From an uncultured Pelagibacteraceae bacterium (lineage in GTDB: Bacteria > Pseudomonadota > Alphaproteobacteria > Pelagibacterales > Pelagibacteraceae), in the NCBI GenBank assembly GCA_902624515.1, contig CACNYE010000001.1, forward strand, positions 2,055 to 66,054: DNA of 64,000 nucleotides, read 5' to 3'. The notes beneath the pieces are model-generated. The model had not been told where the DNA came from, ran no database searches, and saw only the letters and a list, made by a program, of their open reading frames with translations. Below, piece by piece: positions 57,881 through 64,000 of the stretch. Positions within the stretch are counted from its first letter, which is position 1, and every line of letters starts with the position of its first letter. The position numbers and the translations under genes are program-made.

Positions 57881-60754
57881 ATGTCATCTTCTAAAAATTT
57901 AGAATTCAAAAAAACAGGTTTTTTGAATAAATCTAATAGTGAGTTCATTGAACAAATGTATTTACAGTACATTAATCAAGATCCAAATTTACCAACTAGT
58001 TGGAAAAATTATTTTGAGGAAATTGGAGAGGAAGTAGATACTATTGTTAATGAAATAAACGGTCCTTCCTGGAGCCCTAAGAAAGATAAAATTTCTTTAA
58101 AAAATGTTAAAGAAATTTCCAAAGAAAATAATCAATTCAACAAATTAGACATAGTAAAATCGAATGCAAATTCAATTAAGGCAGTTGCAATGATAAGGTC
58201 TTATAGACAACGAGGCCATCTTATTGCAAAATTAGATCCTTTGGGAATGATGAAATCTGAATATTTAGATGAATTACATCCCGAGTCTTACGGTTTTGAA
58301 AAAAACGATTATGATAAAAAAATTTTTTTAGATGGAATAATTAACGAACAATATTCAAGTATTAGAGAAATTCTTAAATTTCTAAAAGATAAATATTGTG
58401 GATCTTTAGGATATGAATATATGCATATTTCCAACCCCACTGAGAGAAAATGGTTTAGAGATAGAGTAGAAAAAACAGATGATTTTAAATTTACTCAAAA
58501 TGGTAAAGAAGCAATTTTGAACAAACTCATTCAAGCGGAGGGTTTTGAAAAATTTTTGCACACTAAGTATGTTGGGACTAAAAGATTTGGACTTGATGGT
58601 GGTGAAAGTTTAATTCCTGCATTAGAACAAATAATAAAAATTGGCGGACAGTCTCAAGTTAAAGAAGTCAAGATAGGTATGTCTCATAGGGGTAGACTTA
58701 ATGTTTTAGCTAATGTGCTTCAAAAGTCTTATAAAAGAATTTTTAATGAATTTGCGGGAGAAATAAGTGGTTCAGCAGATGGTGCAGGGGATGTAAAATA
58801 CCATTTAGGAGCGTCTTCAAATAGAGAATTTGATGGCAACTCTGTACATGTAAGTTTGACTGATAATCCTTCTCACCTTGAAGCTGTTAATCCAGTTGTA
58901 CTTGGACAAACAAGAGCTAAACAATTTTTTCATAAAGATAAAGAAAGAAAAAAAGTTATACCTATCTTAATTCATGGTGATGCTGCCTTTGCAGGACAAG
59001 GTGTAGTCGCTGAGTGTTTTGCAATGTCTGGATTACCTGGCCATAACACAGGTGGAACTATTCATATAATTGTTAACAATCAAATAGGATTTACCACAAG
59101 CCCTAGATTTGCAAGATCTTCACCATATCCTTCAGATATTGCAAAGATGGTTGAGGCTCCCATAATTCATGTTAATGGTGATGATCCAGAAGCAGTTGTA
59201 TACGCTGCAAGAATAGCAACAGATTTTAGACTAAAATTTAATAGAGACGTTGTGATAGACTTAATATGTTACAGAAGGTTTGGACATAATGAGGGTGATG
59301 AACCTTCATTTACTCAACCATTAATGTACAAAAAAATTAGATCCCATCCTTCTCCAGTTAAAGTTTATGGTGAAAGACTTGTTAATAATAGTTCAATTAC
59401 TAAGGATTTTTTAAACTCATCGATTAAAAAATTTAAAGATTTATTGGATGATCAATTTAAAAATGCAAAAGACTACAAACCTAAAATTGAATGGTTTGAA
59501 GGAACTTGGTCTAGATATAAGCCTGAAAGAGGAAAAGATAAAAGAGGTGTTACTGGTGCTGATACCAAAAAATTAGTAGAAATTTCAAACAAGATTAATT
59601 CAATCCCGAATGAAATAAGTATTCATAAAACAATTTCAAAAATTCTTGAAAATAGAAAACTCAGTGTAAATAATGGCATTGGAATCGATTGGTCTACTGC
59701 AGAATCTTTAGCTTTTGGCTCACTTTTGGAGGAAGGATATCCCGTGAGATTGGTTGGTCAAGATTCAGGTAGAGGTACTTTTAGTCAAAGACACTCAGTT
59801 TTAAGAAATCAAATTAATAATTCAAGATATATTCCTCTTAATAATATTTCAAATAAACAAAAAAATTTTGAGATTGTAGATAGTTTTTTATCAGAATTAG
59901 CTGTTTTAGGATTTGAATATGGGTATAGTTTAGTTGAACCTAATACACTTACTATTTGGGAAGCTCAATTTGGAGATTTTGCCAATGGAGCACAAGTTGT
60001 AATTGATCAATTTATAGCTTCAGGAGAGAGAAAATGGTCTAGAGCATCTGGTTTAGTAATGTTGTTACCACATGGCTACGAGGGTCAAGGACCAGAGCAT
60101 TCTTCTGCAAGATTAGAGAGATTTTTACAATTATGTTCAAATGATAACATGCAAGTAATGAATTGTACTACTCCAGCAAATTATTTTCATGCATTAAGAA
60201 GACAAATGCATAGAGACTTTAGAAAACCATTGATTATAATGACACCAAAATCTTTGTTACGACATAAATATTGCATATCAGACTTGGATGATTTTAATAA
60301 AAAAAATTCTTTTCATAGAGTGATGTGGGATCATGCACTAGACTCAAAAACTAAAGGATTTATTAAGTTGCAAAAACCAAATAAAATAAAAAAAGTGATT
60401 CTGTGTTCAGGTAAAATATACTTTGATTTAGTTGAAGCTAGAGAAAAACTGAAAAGAGATGATTTGGTATTTTTTCGAATTGAACAACTTTATCCTTTTC
60501 CTGTAAAAGCACTTGCAAAAGAGCTTAAACCTTATGCAAAAAATGTTAAATTTTATTGGTGCCAAGAGGAGCCAAAAAACATGGGTGCCTGGTTTTCAGT
60601 TAGAGATTATATCCAATGGACATTAGATAATATTAAGGCTAAAAATAAAAATGTTTTTTATATTGGAAGAAGTCCAGATGCATCACCTGCAACAGGGTAT
60701 GCTAAAAGACATATATCACAACAGAAAGAAATTATTAAGGAAGTTTTTGAATAG
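57881..60754 (+). CDS. sucA: 2-oxoglutarate dehydrogenase E1
   Basis: Motifs KRFGLDG, GMSHRGRLN, GDVKYHLG, NPSHLE, HGDAAFAGQG, WEAQFGDF, HGYEGQGPEHSS. Confidence 0.98.
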   Translation: MSSSKNLEFKKTGFLNKSNSEFIEQMYLQYINQDPNLPTSWKNYFEEIGEEVDTIVNEINGPSWSPKKDKISLKNVKEISKENNQFNKLDIVKSNANSIKAVAMIRSYRQRGHLIAKLDPLGMMKSEYLDELHPESYGFEKNDYDKKIFLDGIINEQYSSIREILKFLKDKYCGSLGYEYMHISNPTERKWFRDRVEKTDDFKFTQNGKEAILNKLIQAEGFEKFLHTKYVGTKRFGLDGGESLIPALEQIIKIGGQSQVKEVKIGMSHRGRLNVLANVLQKSYKRIFNEFAGEISGSADGAGDVKYHLGASSNREFDGNSVHVSLTDNPSHLEAVNPVVLGQTRAKQFFHKDKERKKVIPILIHGDAAFAGQGVVAECFAMSGLPGHNTGGTIHIIVNNQIGFTTSPRFARSSPYPSDIAKMVEAPIIHVNGDDPEAVVYAARIATDFRLKFNRDVVIDLICYRRFGHNEGDEPSFTQPLMYKKIRSHPSPVKVYGERLVNNSSITKDFLNSSIKKFKDLLDDQFKNAKDYKPKIEWFEGTWSRYKPERGKDKRGVTGADTKKLVEISNKINSIPNEISIHKTISKILENRKLSVNNGIGIDWSTAESLAFGSLLEEGYPVRLVGQDSGRGTFSQRHSVLRNQINNSRYIPLNNISNKQKNFEIVDSFLSELAVLGFEYGYSLVEPNTLTIWEAQFGDFANGAQVVIDQFIASGERKWSRASGLVMLLPHGYEGQGPEHSSARLERFLQLCSNDNMQVMNCTTPANYFHALRRQMHRDFRKPLIIMTPKSLLRHKYCISDLDDFNKKNSFHRVMWDHALDSKTKGFIKLQKPNKIKKVILCSGKIYFDLVEAREKLKRDDLVFFRIEQLYPFPVKALAKELKPYAKNVKFYWCQEEPKNMGAWFSVRDYIQWTLDNIKAKNKNVFYIGRSPDASPATGYAKRHISQQKEIIKEVFE

Positions 60755-60760
60755 CATAAA

Positions 60761-62059
60761 ATGAGTGAAAAAATTTTAGTTCCAGTACTTGGAGAAAGTA
60801 TCACAGAAGCTACAGTATCGAAGTGGTTAAAAAAAAAGGGTGATGTAGTTGAAGCCGATGAACCAATTGTCGAATTAGAAACTGACAAAGTTAACTTAGA
60901 GGTGCCATCACCAGTCTCAGGCACATTAACAGAGATAAATTCAAAAGATGGTTCGACAGTTGAGGTTGGAGCTCTTTTAGGGTCAGTATCAGAGAACAGT
61001 TCAAACTTGAAAAAAACTGAAGAAATAAAAAAGATTGAGCCAGTAATCGAAAAGGATAATGTTATTAATTTAGAAAATCCAAAAAATGAGGAGGAACCTA
61101 AAATTTTTGAGGAAATAATTGAAGATAATGAAGTAGAAGAAAAACCATTAGTTCTTACTGAGGAGATTAAATTAGAACCAAAAAAGACCGAAACAAAAAA
61201 TGATAAAAATTTATCTCCTGCTGTAAGAAAAATTGTTTCTGAAAATAAGATTAATATTTCATCGGTAAAAGGAACTGGAAAAGATGGTAGAATTTTAAAA
61301 GGTGATTTGATTAATCTAATGGGAGTAAATCCACCACCTTCTGAAAGAAAAATTAAGTATGGTCATGAAGAAAAAATTAAAATGACTAGGTTAAGACAAA
61401 CTATTGCTAAAAGGTTAAAACAAGCACAAGAAAATGCGGCATTATTAACAACTTTTAATGAAGTTGATATGACAAAGATTATGGATATGAGAAAAGAAAA
61501 TCAGGAAGATTTTCAAAATCGATATGGTGTTAAATTAGGTTTTATGTCATTTTTTGTTAAAGCTTGTATAGTTGCATTAAAAAATTTTCCAGCAGTTAAT
61601 GCAGAAATTGAAGGTGATACAATAGTTTATAAAAACTATTATAATATAAGTTTTGCGGTAGGTACTGATAAAGGTCTTGTGGTTCCGGTGTTAAAAAATG
61701 CAGATGAACTATCCTTCGCAGATATTGAGAAAAATATTAAACAAATTTCTGAAAAAGCTAAAGATGGCAAGCTTACAATTGAAGATCTTCAAGGAGGAAC
61801 TTTTACTATTAGTAATGGAGGGGTTTATGGATCAATGTTATCAACTCCAATTTTGAATCTTCCACAATCGGGTGTCTTAGGTATGCATAATATTGTTGAT
61901 AGACCAACAGTAGTTGAAGGTGAAATTAAAATTAGACCAATAATGTACTTAGCATTATCCTATGATCATAGAATAATTGATGGCAAAGAATCAGTATCAT
62001 TTCTTAAGATGATAAAAGAAAATTTAGAAGATCCAAGAAGGTTGTTTTTAGATATTTAA
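60761..62059 (+). CDS. sucB: Dihydrolipoamide succinyltransferase E2
   Basis: Lipoyl domain [29 protein letters not shown]. Confidence 0.97.
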   Translation: MSEKILVPVLGESITEATVSKWLKKKGDVVEADEPIVELETDKVNLEVPSPVSGTLTEINSKDGSTVEVGALLGSVSENSSNLKKTEEIKKIEPVIEKDNVINLENPKNEEEPKIFEEIIEDNEVEEKPLVLTEEIKLEPKKTETKNDKNLSPAVRKIVSENKINISSVKGTGKDGRILKGDLINLMGVNPPPSERKIKYGHEEKIKMTRLRQTIAKRLKQAQENAALLTTFNEVDMTKIMDMRKENQEDFQNRYGVKLGFMSFFVKACIVALKNFPAVNAEIEGDTIVYKNYYNISFAVGTDKGLVVPVLKNADELSFADIEKNIKQISEKAKDGKLTIEDLQGGTFTISNGGVYGSMLSTPILNLPQSGVLGMHNIVDRPTVVEGEIKIRPIMYLALSYDHRIIDGKESVSFLKMIKENLEDPRRLFLDI

Positions 62060-63460
62060 ATGGCAGATAAATTTCAAGTAGTGGTTATTGGAGGTGGTCC
62101 AGGAGGTTATGTTTGTGCAATTAGACTTGCACAATTAGGTCTTAAAACAGCATGTATAGAGTCAAGGGGGTCACTTGGTGGAACTTGTTTGAATATTGGA
62201 TGTATACCTTCAAAGAGTTTATTAAATTTATCTGAGGAATTTCATAAAGTTCAAAATTTGTCGAATAAGGGAATTGAAATAGGTGAAGTCAAACTAAATT
62301 TATCAAAAATGATGAAAAGTAAAGATAAAGCAGTTACTATATTAACAAAAGGAGTAGAGTTTTTATTAAAAAAAAATAAAGTTACTTATTTCAAAGGCTT
62401 AGGCAGTTTTAAATCTCAAAATGAAATTTCAATAAAAGATGATAAAAACAAAGAAACAATAATACAATCAGAAAAAACTATTATTGCAACTGGCTCTATT
62501 CCTGTTTCATTGCCTGGCATTGACTTTGATGAAAAAAAAATAGTTTCATCAACTGGTGCACTAAAATTAGAAAAGGTTCCAAAAAAAATGGTTGTAGTTG
62601 GGGGTGGATACATTGGACTTGAAATGGGATCAGTTTGGTCAAGACTAGGCGCTGAAGTTCATGTTGTTGAATTTTTAGATCATATTACGCCTGGTATGGA
62701 TAAAGAAATTTCAAATGAATTTATGAAAATTCTTAAAAAACAAGGTATCAAGTTTCATATGCAACACAAAGTAGAAAAAATTAAAAAAAATAATTCTGCA
62801 GTAATAGTTTCAACTAAAGATAAAGATAAAAATCTTACAGATTTTGAATGCGATGTTGTTTTAATTTCTGTTGGAAGAAAACCAAATACAATTGGTTTAA
62901 ATTTAGATAAAATTGGTGTTCAATTAGATGAAAAAAATAGAGTAAAAACTAACAAAAATTTTCAAACTAACATTAATAATATTTATGCCATTGGTGATGT
63001 TATAACTGGACCAATGCTTGCCCATAAAGCAGAAGATGAAGGTATAGCTGTTGCAGAAATTATTGCAGGTCAATCAGGCCATGTAAATTATGATACTATT
63101 CCAGGTGTTGTTTATACAACGCCAGAAGTTGCTTCTATTGGTAAAACTGAGGAACAATTGAAAGAAAAAAATATTCAATATAAAATTGGAAAATTTTCAT
63201 TTATGGCTAATTCAAGAGCAAAAGCAATTGATGATGCTGAAGGTTTTGTAAAAATTTTAGCTGATGAAAAGACAGATAAAGTTCTTGGAGCACATTTAAT
63301 TGGGCCTCATGCGGGAGAGTTGATAGCAGAAATTGGCATAGCAATGGAATTTGGAGCTAGTTCAGAAGATATTGCAAGAACATGCCATGCACACCCAACA
63401 TTTTCAGAGGCAGTTAAAGAAGCAGCATTATCTGTAGATAAAAGAGCAATACACTCTTAA
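62060..63460 (+). CDS. lpdA: Dihydrolipoamide dehydrogenase E3
   Basis: Motifs GGGPGGY, GGTCLNIGCIPSK, GGGYIGLE, HAHPTFSE. Confidence 0.97.
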   Translation: MADKFQVVVIGGGPGGYVCAIRLAQLGLKTACIESRGSLGGTCLNIGCIPSKSLLNLSEEFHKVQNLSNKGIEIGEVKLNLSKMMKSKDKAVTILTKGVEFLLKKNKVTYFKGLGSFKSQNEISIKDDKNKETIIQSEKTIIATGSIPVSLPGIDFDEKKIVSSTGALKLEKVPKKMVVVGGGYIGLEMGSVWSRLGAEVHVVEFLDHITPGMDKEISNEFMKILKKQGIKFHMQHKVEKIKKNNSAVIVSTKDKDKNLTDFECDVVLISVGRKPNTIGLNLDKIGVQLDEKNRVKTNKNFQTNINNIYAIGDVITGPMLAHKAEDEGIAVAEIIAGQSGHVNYDTIPGVVYTTPEVASIGKTEEQLKEKNIQYKIGKFSFMANSRAKAIDDAEGFVKILADEKTDKVLGAHLIGPHAGELIAEIGIAMEFGASSEDIARTCHAHPTFSEAVKEAALSVDKRAIHS

Positions 63461-63482
63461 TAAATTTTCATATTATCGAAAT

Positions 63483-64000
63483 ATGAAGTTTCCGATTCTT
63501 TTACCAAATATATTTGATCACCCATTTACATATGAAAGTGATCTTGAATTAAAAATTGGAGATTTTGTTGAGGTACCTTTTGGTAGAACAAAAATAATTG
63601 GTGTTGTGTGGGATAATTTTGAAAAAAATACTAACAAAAGATTTAAAATTAAAAAAATAATTCGAAAATTACAAATACCTAGTTTAAAAAAAAAAACGTT
63701 AGAATTTTTAAACTGGTTTTCAGAATACAACCTGGTTCCAAAGGGAATGGCCCTAAAGCTTATCTTGATAGGTGGAAAACCTATTGAAGGATTAGATAAA
63801 AAATTTAATAAAGATTCTAATGATAAAATTAAAAAAAATCTTTTCATTTTAACAAGCCAGCAAAAAAAATCTTTAAATGAGATTAATATATCAAATGAAA
63901 GATTTAATGTTCACGTGTTACAAGGCACAACAGGATCAGGAAAAACAATTGTATATTTTGAAGCTTTAAAGAAAATTATAGAAAAAGGTTTTCAAGTATT
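63483..64000 (+). CDS. priA: Primosomal protein N' helicase, 5' part (runs off the window)
   Basis: ATG 63483; FTY...L.IGDFVEVPFG....GVVW and Walker A LQGTTGSGKT..Y; no stop before the window end, so absent from the ORF track. Confidence 0.9.
   Translation, partial: MKFPILLPNIFDHPFTYESDLELKIGDFVEVPFGRTKIIGVVWDNFEKNTNKRFKIKKIIRKLQIPSLKKKTLEFLNWFSEYNLVPKGMALKLILIGGKPIEGLDKKFNKDSNDKIKKNLFILTSQQKKSLNEINISNERFNVHVLQGTTGSGKTIVYFEALKKIIEKGFQV

Noticed and set aside
63518-63847. 109-aa minus-strand ORF
   Set aside because: It is antisense to the priA 5' region, which carries a clear Walker A motif.

Overview
This AT-rich, very densely packed window looks like a SAR11 / Candidatus Pelagibacter chromosome, inferred from gene content and order (dmdA-dmdB-dmdC cluster, ffh leader RNA, minimal intergenic spacers). 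In order: mscS-yggT-folD; an accessory-looking block (~2.3-12.8 kb) with two different photolyases, DUF2256, an atypical SDR, a CRTAC1-like beta-propeller, a Cys-rich secreted protein, a stand-alone glutamine amidotransferase and several small membrane proteins; argG, tas, yccA, ispZ, hspQ; ccmCDEFGH without ccmAB; a 2-hydroxy/2-oxo-acid cluster (two FMN oxidase paralogs, aminotransferase, FAD-linked dehydrogenase, 2-hydroxyacid dehydrogenase, TRAP transporter, amidase); ftsY-dapF divergent from ffh-rpsP-trmD-rplS (no rimM); leuCDB; the DMSP demethylation genes; asd; sdhCDAB-mmsA-mdh-sucCDAB-lpdA; and the start of priA. I saw no tRNA, rRNA, CRISPR array, integrase or transposase. The most interesting observations are: SdhC/SdhD lacking both heme b axial histidines; a nucleotide-identical repeat shared by the tails of ribosomal proteins bS16 and bL19; an unannotated hairpin RNA candidate between hspQ and ccmC; a coupled photolyase/DUF2256/DUF4174-fusion/CRTAC1/Cys-rich operon; and a possible half-size PnuC-like transporter. 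All family calls come from motif recognition by eye; no database search was run.
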